DNA of 64,000 bases. Origin: a virus. Positions within the stretch are counted from its first letter, which is position 1; every line of letters begins with the position of its first letter. The notes under the pieces were generated by a model. It did not search any database and had not been told where the DNA came from. It saw nothing but the letters and a program-made list of their open reading frames with translations. A program made the position numbers and the translations under genes. This document shows positions 30,178 through 40,313 of this stretch, one piece after another. The stretch is taken from positions 15,821 to 79,820 of IMG/VR virus record IMGVR_UViG_3300049847_000663; one strand, written 5' to 3'.

Positions 30178-32163
30178 ATGAAACAGGAGAAAAGAATGTA
30201 CGTTAGACTTACTCGTGGCTTAGCTGATGTCGGCACCTTAATTCCTAAGAATGAAAATCCATTCAATTACATTAAAAATTTTGACGAAGATTATTATCTC
30301 TCTCTTTACGAATATACAGAAGAGCAAAAAAATCAAGCAGAAGAAGTTATTTTAATAACTGACGAAGCTAAGGGTTCAAGCTATAAAAGACAGCGCGGAG
30401 TTAGCGGAATCAACAACGTAGTTACTGACTGCTTAGCTTTTGATTTTGACTCTAAGGATCTAGAAGTTGCCCGAAAAGATACTGTAGTTTTAGTTGATAG
30501 ATTGATTGATTATGGGATTGATAAGAATTCAATTAAGGTTTCGTTTTCAGGTAATAAAGGATTCTCTGTAGTTGTTAATCATGACACCGAACTTAGTCCT
30601 GAAAAGCATAAACAAATCGCTAAAGCTTTAGCTGGAGACCTTGAAACTTTTGACACTAAAATTTATAATGCTTCTCGCATTTTTCGTTTGGATTACACTC
30701 GTCACGGAGAAACTCATCTTTATAAAACTCCTTTGAACATAAGCAATCTAAAATCATTAACGATTGATTCAATTAAAAAACAAGCAAAGAATAAAAAAGA
30801 TCCCTACTATGAAAAAACTTTAACTAAACTTCCCGAAAAACTTCTAGCAATTAAAGAACAAGAAGTACCTAAATCCTTAGTTGAACTGGACATAAAGGAA
30901 GAGATCGATTTTTCTAGTAGACCTAACTTTTTGACACAAGCCAAGTTTGTTCTTCATAAAGGATTCATTCCTGAAGGCTATGGTAATACAGCTTTTATGA
31001 TTTTAGCCGCCACTTATAAGAAAGCCGGTTTCGATAGGAACGACGCTTTTAATATGCTTTGGTCAGTTAATGAGAAACGCGCTGCTATTTACGGCGAAGC
31101 TAAAAAACGGTCTGAAGACGAAATAATGACTCAGGTTATTAACGTTGTTTACAGCGACTCCTGGCAAGGGGGAACTTATTCCGAAAAGGATAACGAGCTT
31201 TTAGCTAGCATTAATGAGAAATATCAAGTTAAAGCTGAAAAAAGCGATTCAAAACTCGTTTCTTTAAATGATGTAACTGGTATTTTTAAAGATTTTGCTG
31301 AAAATATTGATAAAAATACAATTAAAATTGGAATTAAAACTATTGATGATAATGTTAGAATGACGACTTCAATGTTGGTTGAACTATTGGCAGCACCTTC
31401 GGCAGGAAAAAGTTCTATTACCTTTGGTATCCTTGAAAGTCTTTCTTCAATGAATATCGACTCTATGTTTTTATCTTTAGATATGGGAGCGCCTTTAGTT
31501 TATCAAAGATTGGTACAAAGAGCATTAGGGTTCTCTGGAGATAAAATCTTTGCTGCCTTTAGAAATAAAGATACAGGAAGAATTCTTCAAATACAAAGAA
31601 GCGTAAGTGATAAATATAAAAATGTTAGTTTTTGTTTTAGATCCGGTATTACAGTTTCTGATATTAGATTAATGTTAGAAGAAGAGCGTAAAAACGGAAG
31701 AAATATCAAATTCTTAGCAATTGACTATTTAGAGTGTTTACAAGGTCCATATAGCGATTCTACTGCGAACAAAGGATTTTTAGCTCAACAATTAAAAGAT
31801 ATTGCTAATGATTTCGAATTGTGTTTATTTCTTTTAGTTCAACCTCAGAAGCACGCTGGAGATCCCTCAGACGAATTAAATAGTTATCGGCTCGTCAAAG
31901 GAAGCTCAGTTTTGGAGGAACAGGCCTCAATAATTCTTTCCATGCATAGACCGGGCTTTGATCCTCAACACGTTGACGACGATAATTTTTTAAATATTAC
32001 GGTACTTAAAAACCGAATGGGACAACTTGGAAGTTACGATTTTAATTGGGACGGTTTGCGCGGATCAATTACTGAAATGTCTCCAGAAGATCGGGCCACT
32101 CTTAAAACTTTACGAGAACAAGTTAGTTTGCGTAAAAAAGCAAAAGAAGAGAAGCCTTTTTAA
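30178..32163 (+). CDS. Fused AEP-type primase and DnaB-like (SF4) helicase
   Basis: N-terminal AFDFD and FSGNKGF; C-terminal AAPSAGKS, AIDYLE and LKNRMG. Confidence 0.85.
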   Translation: MKQEKRMYVRLTRGLADVGTLIPKNENPFNYIKNFDEDYYLSLYEYTEEQKNQAEEVILITDEAKGSSYKRQRGVSGINNVVTDCLAFDFDSKDLEVARKDTVVLVDRLIDYGIDKNSIKVSFSGNKGFSVVVNHDTELSPEKHKQIAKALAGDLETFDTKIYNASRIFRLDYTRHGETHLYKTPLNISNLKSLTIDSIKKQAKNKKDPYYEKTLTKLPEKLLAIKEQEVPKSLVELDIKEEIDFSSRPNFLTQAKFVLHKGFIPEGYGNTAFMILAATYKKAGFDRNDAFNMLWSVNEKRAAIYGEAKKRSEDEIMTQVINVVYSDSWQGGTYSEKDNELLASINEKYQVKAEKSDSKLVSLNDVTGIFKDFAENIDKNTIKIGIKTIDDNVRMTTSMLVELLAAPSAGKSSITFGILESLSSMNIDSMFLSLDMGAPLVYQRLVQRALGFSGDKIFAAFRNKDTGRILQIQRSVSDKYKNVSFCFRSGITVSDIRLMLEEERKNGRNIKFLAIDYLECLQGPYSDSTANKGFLAQQLKDIANDFELCLFLLVQPQKHAGDPSDELNSYRLVKGSSVLEEQASIILSMHRPGFDPQHVDDDNFLNITVLKNRMGQLGSYDFNWDGLRGSITEMSPEDRATLKTLREQVSLRKKAKEEKPF

Positions 32164-34655
32164 TGACAACAATTGATTTCGGTAAATACAAAGGTAAATC
32201 AATCTCCGACGTAGAGGAATCCTATTTACGTTGGGGAGCCGAGAATCTTAATAACCAATGGAAAGAAGTCTTTAAAAGTGAACTCGTTCTTAGGTCAGCT
32301 AAAAAGATATTAAAAAATCACAGCAATACTTTGTCAAAACTATCCGATAGAACTTATGACCCTTTAATCTTTGGTAAAGATTCCACCGAGTACATCACAA
32401 ACATTTCGTTCAAAGATAATAAAATCTACAAGTATTTATTAACTGGAATTGTTATTGAAGAAGATTACAAGCCTTGGTATTTAAATATAAATCGAGAAGG
32501 AACTAAGCTAAAAGGTCCTCAGTTTTATAATTATATTAATCATGTAGATTTTGATGAGTACGCAGAATTAAGTTCAAGATGGGATAAAAGTAAATGGTTT
32601 CCTAGAAGTATCGAAGAAGGTTACATGATGCTTACGGGGACCACTTTATTTAAAAATATGAAGATCTCAGAAGTAAGTCTTCATTCATTCGACATTGAAA
32701 CTACCGGGGTCGATCCTGAAGATAAAAACGCCAAGGTTCTTTTAATTTCAAATACAGTTAAAAAGAATGGTACTTTAACTAACAAGCTTTTTGATATAAA
32801 AGATTACGAAACCGAAGAAGCGATGATAAATGATTGGTGCGCTTTTGTTAGAGAGTCTAACTGTGACGTTTTAATCGGGCATAACATTTTTAGCTTCGAT
32901 TTACCTTATCTAGCTCGTTATGAATTAAACATAGGTCGAGATGGGAGCTCTCTTAAATTTAGCGAGAAGTCATCTAAAAAGCGTAAAGACGGAAGTCAAT
33001 CTTACGAATACCACGAAGCTTATTGTCATGGACGAAGTATTGTTGATAGTATGTTTTTATCTATTACTTATGACATCGGTCGAGCGTTTCCAAGCTACGG
33101 ATTAAAACCAATTGAAAAACATTTAAAACTAGTTGATGAAAATCGTATTGAATGGGATTTTGATAAATACCCAGCTAGACTTATAATAGACAATGAAGAA
33201 TTGTGGGCTAAGTTTCGGGAATATTGTAAACAAGATAGCGACTCTCCAATTAAGATGTTTGAAATTATGGCTCCAAGTTTTTTTTATATGAATCAATCGG
33301 TTCCTAAAACATTTCAACAAATGATTAATGAAGCGACGGGAAGTCAGCTCGATTCAATGATGATTCGATCCTATCTTCAAGACGGGAATAGTATTCCTAA
33401 GACGTCACCTAAAGTAGAGTTTGAAGGCGCGATCTCTATGGGGATTCCTGGTGTGTATACTGCTGGGCGTAAAATTGATATAGTTTCTATGTATCCAAGT
33501 ATAATGCTTGAGTACGATATTTATGATAAACAAAAAGATCCGAATAAACATTTAATTAAAATTTTAGAATATTTTAGGAACGAGCGTATTTTTAATAAAA
33601 AAAGATTTAAAGAAACTTCAGATAAATATTTTGATGATTTGCAAGGTAGCCAAAAAATTGCGATAAATTCGTTGTATGGATACCTTGGGGCTGGCTATTT
33701 GCTTTTTAATTATCCCGAAGGTGCCGCAGAGGTAACTAGACACGGAAGAGAAATTATTCAAAATGCTATTTTATGGGCAACGGGATATTCAATTAAAAAA
33801 GATATTAAAAAAACGCGTAATAAAGGTAAAGAAAACGAAGAAAACGAAATGCATTGGATTCTAGATAAAAAAATCCAAGAAGGAAAAGGCTATTCATTAA
33901 TAAATACAGACACTGATAGTATAACCTATACCAACAAAATTACCCCCACAAAAGAAGAGTTTAAAAGAGAAATTGACGAAATTAACACAACACTTCCTTC
34001 AAATATAGTTTTTGAAGATGACAGCGTTTACGATAAATTGATTGTATCAAAAGCCAAAAACTACATAATGAAAAAGAATCCCAATTGGTGTAAACCCGAT
34101 GATTTTGATCTAAACGGTAATGTTAAACTGACAATCAAAGGATCTTCTTTTAAGAGTTCAAACAAAGAACCCGCACTAAAAGAGTTTCAAATTACAGTAG
34201 TTAACGAAATGTTAGGAAACAACGATCTTAATGTTATCAAAACTATTTATAAAAAATATATAGAAGAAGCTAAAAACATCAAAGACATATCCCGATGGAC
34301 TACAAAAAAGACTTATACTGAAAAAGTAGAAGAAAGTGAACGCGCTAACGAAACCAAAGTTATGGACGCAATTAAGGAAGGTTTAGATAAAGGGGTTTTA
34401 AAATCCATTCAACAAGGCGACAAGATCTATCTTTACCAAACTATTAACGGGACTAAACAAAAGAAAGCAAAAGGAGAATTTCTTTTTTATAAGAAAACTG
34501 GCCTTCCAATAATGGAACCCAATAGAATCCTTAGACTTTATGCTTTATTTAATAATGACGCTGATTCAGAACATTACGAAGATCGAGTAAAAGCCACCCT
34601 TGAGATCCTAAGCTCGGTTTTACCTGTTAAGGAAATTATTAATGAAGATATATGA
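32163..34655 (+). CDS. Family B DNA polymerase with 3'-5' exonuclease
   Basis: ExoI SFDIET, ExoII GHNIFSFDLPY, DIVSMYPS, KIAINSLYG and TDTDS. Confidence 0.95.
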   Translation: MTTIDFGKYKGKSISDVEESYLRWGAENLNNQWKEVFKSELVLRSAKKILKNHSNTLSKLSDRTYDPLIFGKDSTEYITNISFKDNKIYKYLLTGIVIEEDYKPWYLNINREGTKLKGPQFYNYINHVDFDEYAELSSRWDKSKWFPRSIEEGYMMLTGTTLFKNMKISEVSLHSFDIETTGVDPEDKNAKVLLISNTVKKNGTLTNKLFDIKDYETEEAMINDWCAFVRESNCDVLIGHNIFSFDLPYLARYELNIGRDGSSLKFSEKSSKKRKDGSQSYEYHEAYCHGRSIVDSMFLSITYDIGRAFPSYGLKPIEKHLKLVDENRIEWDFDKYPARLIIDNEELWAKFREYCKQDSDSPIKMFEIMAPSFFYMNQSVPKTFQQMINEATGSQLDSMMIRSYLQDGNSIPKTSPKVEFEGAISMGIPGVYTAGRKIDIVSMYPSIMLEYDIYDKQKDPNKHLIKILEYFRNERIFNKKRFKETSDKYFDDLQGSQKIAINSLYGYLGAGYLLFNYPEGAAEVTRHGREIIQNAILWATGYSIKKDIKKTRNKGKENEENEMHWILDKKIQEGKGYSLINTDTDSITYTNKITPTKEEFKREIDEINTTLPSNIVFEDDSVYDKLIVSKAKNYIMKKNPNWCKPDDFDLNGNVKLTIKGSSFKSSNKEPALKEFQITVVNEMLGNNDLNVIKTIYKKYIEEAKNIKDISRWTTKKTYTEKVEESERANETKVMDAIKEGLDKGVLKSIQQGDKIYLYQTINGTKQKKAKGEFLFYKKTGLPIMEPNRILRLYALFNNDADSEHYEDRVKATLEILSSVLPVKEIINEDI

Positions 34656-34895
34656 CCTTTACGCTTATAAACAAGCTAAAGCGAAACTTGAGCGTTATGA
34701 GCCTCATTATAACTATTTATGTAAAGTTAGTGACTATTTGTTTAAAAACTTGCAATTACCTGGAGTTTTTGATATAATTGAACAAGTGGAATCTCAAAAA
34801 GTCGCGTATTATATTGAAATTAGTGAATGTAAACGTATAATTAATGGTAAATCTTTAAAAAATCAAGTAATACTTTTAAAACGGGATGAGAAATA

Positions 34896-35669
34896 ATGAA
34901 ACACACTGGACCTAAGATTTTGCTCGTAGACATTGAGACTATGCCCATAATTGCACATGTTTGGAGCCTTTGGGATAATAACGTCGCTTTGAATCAAATT
35001 CAACAAGACTGGAGCATTTTATCTTGGTCAGCGAAATGGCTTCATGACCCAAAATCAAAAATAATGTACGAAGATCAAAGAAACGCTAAAGACATCAACG
35101 ACGATAAAAAACTACTGAAAAATATTCACAAGCTTATGGACGAAGCTGATGTGATTTTAGGACAAAATTCAAAACGTTTTGACACTAAAAAATTAAATGC
35201 TCGGTTTATTTTAAATGGATACCCGCCGCCTAGTAAGTATCAACAAATTGATACAATGGTTATGGCTAAAAAGCATTTTGCCTTTAGTAGCAATAAACTT
35301 GAATACCTTTCAAATAATCTCGGCGTAAAACATAAAAAACTTAAAACAAAAAAATTCCCAGGACATGCTCTTTGGTCTGAATGTATGAAAGGTAATATCG
35401 AAGCTTTTAAAGAAATGGAAGCTTATAATAAAATGGACGTTTTAGCTTTAGAAGATGTTTATAAAAAACTTGCTCCTTGGGATAATATGGTTAATCTTAA
35501 TGTTTACGGAGAAGAGTTAGTTTGTACTTGTGGGCATAAACAATTTCAAAAGCGCGGATTTCAATATACAAATGGCGGAAAATATCAAAACTATCGTTGT
35601 AGTCATTGCGGAAAATCCTACCGAGATGGTGTAAATTTATTAAAAAATACAAAAACTATATTGAGATAA
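34896..35669 (+). CDS. RNase H-like/DnaQ-like exonuclease with a C-terminal Zn ribbon
   Basis: Motifs VDIET, GQNSKRFD, YNKMDV and CTCG...RCSHCG. Confidence 0.85.
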   Translation: MKHTGPKILLVDIETMPIIAHVWSLWDNNVALNQIQQDWSILSWSAKWLHDPKSKIMYEDQRNAKDINDDKKLLKNIHKLMDEADVILGQNSKRFDTKKLNARFILNGYPPPSKYQQIDTMVMAKKHFAFSSNKLEYLSNNLGVKHKKLKTKKFPGHALWSECMKGNIEAFKEMEAYNKMDVLALEDVYKKLAPWDNMVNLNVYGEELVCTCGHKQFQKRGFQYTNGGKYQNYRCSHCGKSYRDGVNLLKNTKTILR

Positions 35670-35671
35670 TT

Positions 35672-36163
35672 ATGGGAATTAGGGACGAAGAATTAAAGCG
35701 AGTTGAAAAATACTGCCAAGCCTTAGGAATTAAAGTTACCTATAAGAAACAAGGTAAAACTGACCCTGAAGCTGAATGGGCTACTGATGGTAGTGAAATT
35801 ACTGTATATTTACGTCCCAAACAATCAATCACTCAAATTATTTTAGATTTAATTCATGAGCTGGGACATCACCAAGCTTGGGTTTATAATGATCGAAAAA
35901 CTGCCATTAGTCTCGATAACGCTTTAGGTCGAGAAAAACACAATAAAAAAGACAGACTTGCTATTTTAAAAGATGAAGAAAATGGTGCCGAATATCATTT
36001 GATGATTTATAAAGAACTGGGACTTAAAATCCCAGAATGGAAAGTGCGACTTGAACGGGACCTATCTTTAGAGATTTATCGTTATTATGCTAAAAACAAC
36101 AATTGGCCGACGTTTAAGTGGAGAAAAGAAAAGAAGAAGGAACTCCAGGAGAAATTAAAATGA
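35672..36163 (+). CDS. HEXXH metallopeptidase-like protein
   Basis: LIHELGHH with a downstream EE; ImmA/IrrE-like layout. Confidence 0.6.
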   Translation: MGIRDEELKRVEKYCQALGIKVTYKKQGKTDPEAEWATDGSEITVYLRPKQSITQIILDLIHELGHHQAWVYNDRKTAISLDNALGREKHNKKDRLAILKDEENGAEYHLMIYKELGLKIPEWKVRLERDLSLEIYRYYAKNNNWPTFKWRKEKKKELQEKLK

Positions 36164-36379
36164 AAACAAACGACATTACTTATACCGGAATTGACATTAA
36201 TGAAATGGTAAAAAAACTTAATGAAGAAAGGTCAAAGATCCTAAATGAGTTCAGTAAAGCTTATTTAGCCGAAACAGGGATTATGCCTTCAGAAGTTGAA
36301 CTTGTAACAATTCAGGAAACTAAAGATAAAACCATTGAAACTATTTGCTTTTTTCGTAAAAAACAGAATCCCTAAAATT

Positions 36380-36453
36380 AGCCTAGGCAGGTTTGCACAT
36401 TGGGCTCCTTCAAGGCCTTAATGACCTAAGTTCGATTCTTAGCTAGGCTTCCA
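36380..36453 (+). tRNA. Non-canonical tRNA or tRNA-like RNA (apparent anticodon TTC, Glu)
   Basis: 7-bp acceptor AGCCTAG/CTAGGCT, T-arm CTAAG-TTCGATT-CTTAG, encoded CCA. The D-arm is shortened and position 33 is C. Confidence 0.65.
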
Positions 36454-36461
36454 TTTTTTTC

Positions 36462-36490
36462 TTGATTCTTAATAAAATAATTGTTATTCT
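36462..36490 (+). promoter_or_regulatory. sigma-70-type promoter for the downstream ncRNA
   Basis: TTGATT-N17-TATTCT; the predicted +1 (~36497) coincides with the 5' end of the closing stem. Confidence 0.65.
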
Positions 36491-36496
36491 AATTTT

Positions 36497-36703
36497 GTAA
36501 CGTGCGGCGTGGAAAGCAGTGATACAGAGTTTAAGAAACTTACTACCCCGACCAGGGCAGCCTTGTTGCCTGACTCGAGCGGGTTCTTGTAATCAGAGGT
36601 ACACCGGAGACACGCCCCTGCAAGCTGGGCCAGAGCTGTCCCCTTAAATGGGAAAAGCGTCAGTAGTTATCCTGGGAGCAAGAGTCGCGTCTTGCCACGT
36701 TAC
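36497..36703 (+). ncRNA. ~207-nt GC-rich structured RNA of unknown family
   Basis: Closing stem GTAACGTG/CACGTTAC, adjacent hairpin GCAAGA-GTCGCG-TCTTGC, GGCGTG/CACGCC helix, no tracked ORF, followed by a T-run. Confidence 0.7.
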
Positions 36704-36724
36704 GCTTTTTATTAAAGGAGATTC

Positions 36725-37162
36725 ATGAGCAAAGTTTATCGCCATTCTGATGGAACATATAACGATTACCCAGAACAGACTATCGTAAACAGAATTCCAA
36801 CAACAGTTAATATTTATAGTACATTTGAAGAAATCCCAGTTTCCAAAGGTTTAAAATTTGACGAAAACAAAGTACCTCTTGATTTAATTCCTTATGATGC
36901 TTTAGTTGAAATTGGTAAAGTTTTACAAGCCGGAGAAAAAAAGTACGGGACTGCTAACTGGTCAAATGGAATCGAAATGCGAAGGCTTCTTGCTGCGGCA
37001 ATGCGACATTTAGGACAATTTAATAATGGCGAGGACATTGACGAGGAAACTCAAACACTTCACATAGCAAATTCTGCTACTAATTTATTATTTGCAATTT
37101 GGATGTATAAGAATCGCCCGGACCTAGATAATCGTTGGGCTAAGAAAAAGGATTCAAAATGA
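36725..37162 (+). CDS. dATP/dGTP diphosphohydrolase-domain protein (DUF5664-like)
   Basis: GLKFDENK...LIP...VLQAGEKKYG..NW..G...AAMRHL...GEDIDEETQTLHIA. Confidence 0.85.
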   Translation: MSKVYRHSDGTYNDYPEQTIVNRIPTTVNIYSTFEEIPVSKGLKFDENKVPLDLIPYDALVEIGKVLQAGEKKYGTANWSNGIEMRRLLAAAMRHLGQFNNGEDIDEETQTLHIANSATNLLFAIWMYKNRPDLDNRWAKKKDSK

Positions 37163-37792
37163 AAAACTATTTATTAGGATTTTTTACTTTTTTTTGTTTA
37201 AATGTAACAACCCATTATTTATGGGTTAAACACTTAGATTTAAATAACGACTGTTTAGCTAGTTTTTATTACAACTTAAACGCTAAACTAGACGGAACTG
37301 GTGTAGTTCATGTTATTACTGGAAGATGCAAAACCAAAAAACAGATTGAATATTTTGATTGTAGTAAAGTTCAAATATTTTTAAGTAATTTAATTTATGG
37401 AGTCGAAAATGAGCAAAAAGAGATCAATTAAAGATGTGAGTAAAGAAGTGGCTATGCTTCACAGAAATCTAGTTCCTAACAAGAAGCTCGGGAAGATCAA
37501 ACTCTTTATCCTAAATTTACTTGGAATCAAGCTTAAGCCTGTATTGTTTGTTGTGGGCGACCTTCTTAAGCGTACTTCAAGCGAAGACCCTACAGAACTT
37601 TATGAAGTTAAAGATAATTTGCTAGATAAGAATTTTGATCGAGTTCTTTACGTTTACGACATGAAACAAAAGCAGTTTGTGGTTATTTACGAACGAAACT
37701 TTGAAAGCTTTAAGGTTTGTAATGGCGTAATCCCAGGAACCTTAATAAATCCCGCCGATAAATTCGACTAGTCTCAAAATGGTACTTAGCTA

Positions 37793-37821
37793 TTGACATT
37801 TAACCTTTTTATTGATAATCT
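37793..37821 (+). promoter_or_regulatory. sigma-70-type promoter
   Basis: TTGACA-N17-TAATCT before an AAGGAGG RBS. Confidence 0.7.
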
Positions 37822-37980
37822 TTCTGTATAAGGAGGAAAAATGTACAAGCTAATTATGCAAAGCGATTACGCGACATTTGAGCAATTATTCATATCTGAA
37901 ATTGAATTAATGAAAAAATTTAACGATCTTAAGGGTTTATTTAAAACTTATAAGATTGAAATCATAAAGGAGAGCCTATA

Positions 37981-38361
37981 ATGCTTTTTATTACACTTTT
38001 AATCAGTAACCTACTATTTGCCCAAGAACCAACAATTGACGCTTTAAAAGCCGAAAACGAGCGTTTAAAGAAGGAAAATTATGAGCTTTCGGTTCAAGTT
38101 GGACTTCTTGAGTCAAATCTTATGCAAACTCAAATGAAACTTGAAGAAGGTCCGCCAGTTTTGCTTCAAAAAATTGAAGTGCCTGTAAAAGTTCATGTTT
38201 ATCGTGTTAATCGTTTATCAGTTCTGACTGGAAGCCAATCTAATCGAAATGGTCTTTTAGGCGGAGTTCAATACCAAAGAATGCTTAATAGCCGAGTTAG
38301 CTTTGGTGGACAAGTTCAAACTAACGACACCGTTTTATTGAATTTAGGCCTGGAGTTTTAA
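37981..38361 (+). CDS. Exported coiled-coil protein with C-terminal amphipathic beta-strands (outer-membrane candidate)
   Basis: Signal peptide, heptad region, about four beta-strands ending LNLGLEF. Confidence 0.55.
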   Translation: MLFITLLISNLLFAQEPTIDALKAENERLKKENYELSVQVGLLESNLMQTQMKLEEGPPVLLQKIEVPVKVHVYRVNRLSVLTGSQSNRNGLLGGVQYQRMLNSRVSFGGQVQTNDTVLLNLGLEF

Positions 38362-39315
38362 ATTGTACCTAAGTGATGATAAAAATTTAAATTATGTATT
38401 AAAAAATACAGATTTAACTTTAAATGAATTAGAGTTAATTGTTGGAAGATTTAAAAAAGATCATCACTCTTGGGCAAACAAATTTAAAGGTTTATATTTA
38501 GAAGACTGGGATGGTAATAAGAAAATTGTTCATCATTTTACGCGAAAAGTTTTATGGAGGAATAAATGACGGTTTATTACACTAAATTGAAAGTAGCGGG
38601 AACTAATTTTCATTATTATGGTTGTTATTATAAAAGAAATTCAAGCAATTTTATTGACGTTTTTAGTTGCATTGATAATCCACAAAAACCCCATAAACAC
38701 GAGGAGTATCTAAAAGAAAAATTATCAGAAATGATAACTTTCTTAAGTCCTTATAAATTAACAGTCGAGCCTACTGAAACGTATCGTGAAATAGTTTCAA
38801 GAGAGATTTATAAATGAAAAAAATATTCCAGCCGAGTGATTTTATGTTTACAGGACTAGAACCAAAAGAAGCCGCTGATATCGCTAACGCCAAAATGGAA
38901 AAGCTCATGAGCGAGTGGCCAACTTGGTATGCCGATAAGAGTATGCGAGAGGTGTCACCAACAATTCAAGATGAAAAAAATCATGTAGCGATAAGCTCTA
39001 ACTTTAGAAATTCCTATTACCAATTTAAAATGGCATTCATCGAGCCGATCAAGCGGGAGCCTTGTAAGCATGAGCCAGTTCTTTTTTCAGTTAATGCGGT
39101 TTATAGGCCTAATGGCCCGGTTCCTGAAGATGAAAACTATAAATGCAAACACTGCGGCGTCTCCTTAGAGGTAACATGGACGGAAAAAACGTGATTTACC
39201 CAGAATTCAAACAGAAACCTGCATATATGTTTTTGCTCGCTCGCATTTTCGGCAAGCGTATTGGTAAAGGTGCTTATGAGTGGCGAAATCAAATTTGGAT
39301 TGTACAGGATGTTCT

Positions 39316-39822
39316 ATGAAAATCATCCCAAACCCAATTTTATACAAAGTATTAAATCGAGGAAGACTTGAAGGATTTATTGTAGCTTCCTTTTTTTGTA
39401 TACTATTCTTTTTACTTTCAGGATGCTCAAGTTATAAAAAAGTATATTCAGTGGATGAAAAACTTCAACCTTATGTAACCCAATTTGAGAAAATAAGCAA
39501 TAAAAAAATAGATAATTTAATTGTAAAATTTAGCTATTTATCTAATAAAATCGTAGCTCAATGCACTCAAGGATTTAACCCTTTAATTGAAGTAAATTCA
39601 CGTTTTATAAACAAAATAGGAAATTCGGCTGAAATGGAATCTATTATGTTTCATGAGCTTGGTCATTGCATTTTATTAAGAACTCACACAAAAGATACCA
39701 ATTCTATAATGTACCCATACATGATTCCTGTGGATTTCTATTTAGTTAATTATAAACTTTACATTTCAGAGCTTTTTGGTGTAGAATATGATAAAGAATT
39801 TGACTGGAGTGTTTATGACTAA
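39316..39822 (+). CDS. Matrixin-like (metzincin) metalloprotease, probable lipoprotein
   Basis: Lipobox LLSGC, HELGHCILLRTH and Met-turn SIMYP. Confidence 0.85.
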   Translation: MKIIPNPILYKVLNRGRLEGFIVASFFCILFFLLSGCSSYKKVYSVDEKLQPYVTQFEKISNKKIDNLIVKFSYLSNKIVAQCTQGFNPLIEVNSRFINKIGNSAEMESIMFHELGHCILLRTHTKDTNSIMYPYMIPVDFYLVNYKLYISELFGVEYDKEFDWSVYD

Positions 39823-40123
39823 ACTAATGTGTTTTCTTTTTCTTTTACCGTTACAAGCCAATGCCTTTTTCTATAAACAAGAAGATAAAAATCTTCATTT
39901 GGCGACAAGCATGGCGCTAACTTATACTATTTCAAGTGGACTTATGCTAACAAATCCTAAAATGAGCTCAAGAAAAGCCGCTCTTATTGCTGCAACTTCG
40001 GTACTTTTAATTGGATTAGCTAAAGAGTCTTTTTATGATGATAAATTTGATTGGAAAGATATGGAAGCTAATACTGTAGGAGTCGCTTTAGGTGCAGTTC
40101 CATTTTTAATCTGGGAGTTTTAG
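39815..40123 (+). CDS. YfiM/DUF2279-like membrane protein
   Basis: QEDKNLH...IGLAKE..D...DWKDMEANTVG. Confidence 0.7.
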   Translation: MTKLMCFLFLLPLQANAFFYKQEDKNLHLATSMALTYTISSGLMLTNPKMSSRKAALIAATSVLLIGLAKESFYDDKFDWKDMEANTVGVALGAVPFLIWEF

Positions 40124-40313
40124 TGGTAAACATTTTAGAAGGTATTGTAAACGGCGTTTTTAAACTAGTAAAAGTAATTGCTTCTGTAGTTTTATTATGG
40201 TATATTTGTTATGGTTTAAGTCACGTTTTAGATTTAAACACTAGAGAAATATTTATTCGAATTACATCAATTTCAACTGTTTTGTTTATTTTATATAGTT
40301 TAGGAAGAAAATA

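Noticed and set aside
36497-36703. tmRNA, 6S RNA or Y RNA identity for the structured RNA
   Set aside because: No CCA, G3:U70 pair or evident tag ORF; it is branched rather than a 6S-like rod; and no Ro60/TROVE gene is in the window.
36725-37162. Modified-base (Z-DNA or 7-deazaguanine) pathway implied by the dATP/dGTP diphosphohydrolase
   Set aside because: No purZ, queC/D/E, folE or dpdA-like genes were recognised in this window.
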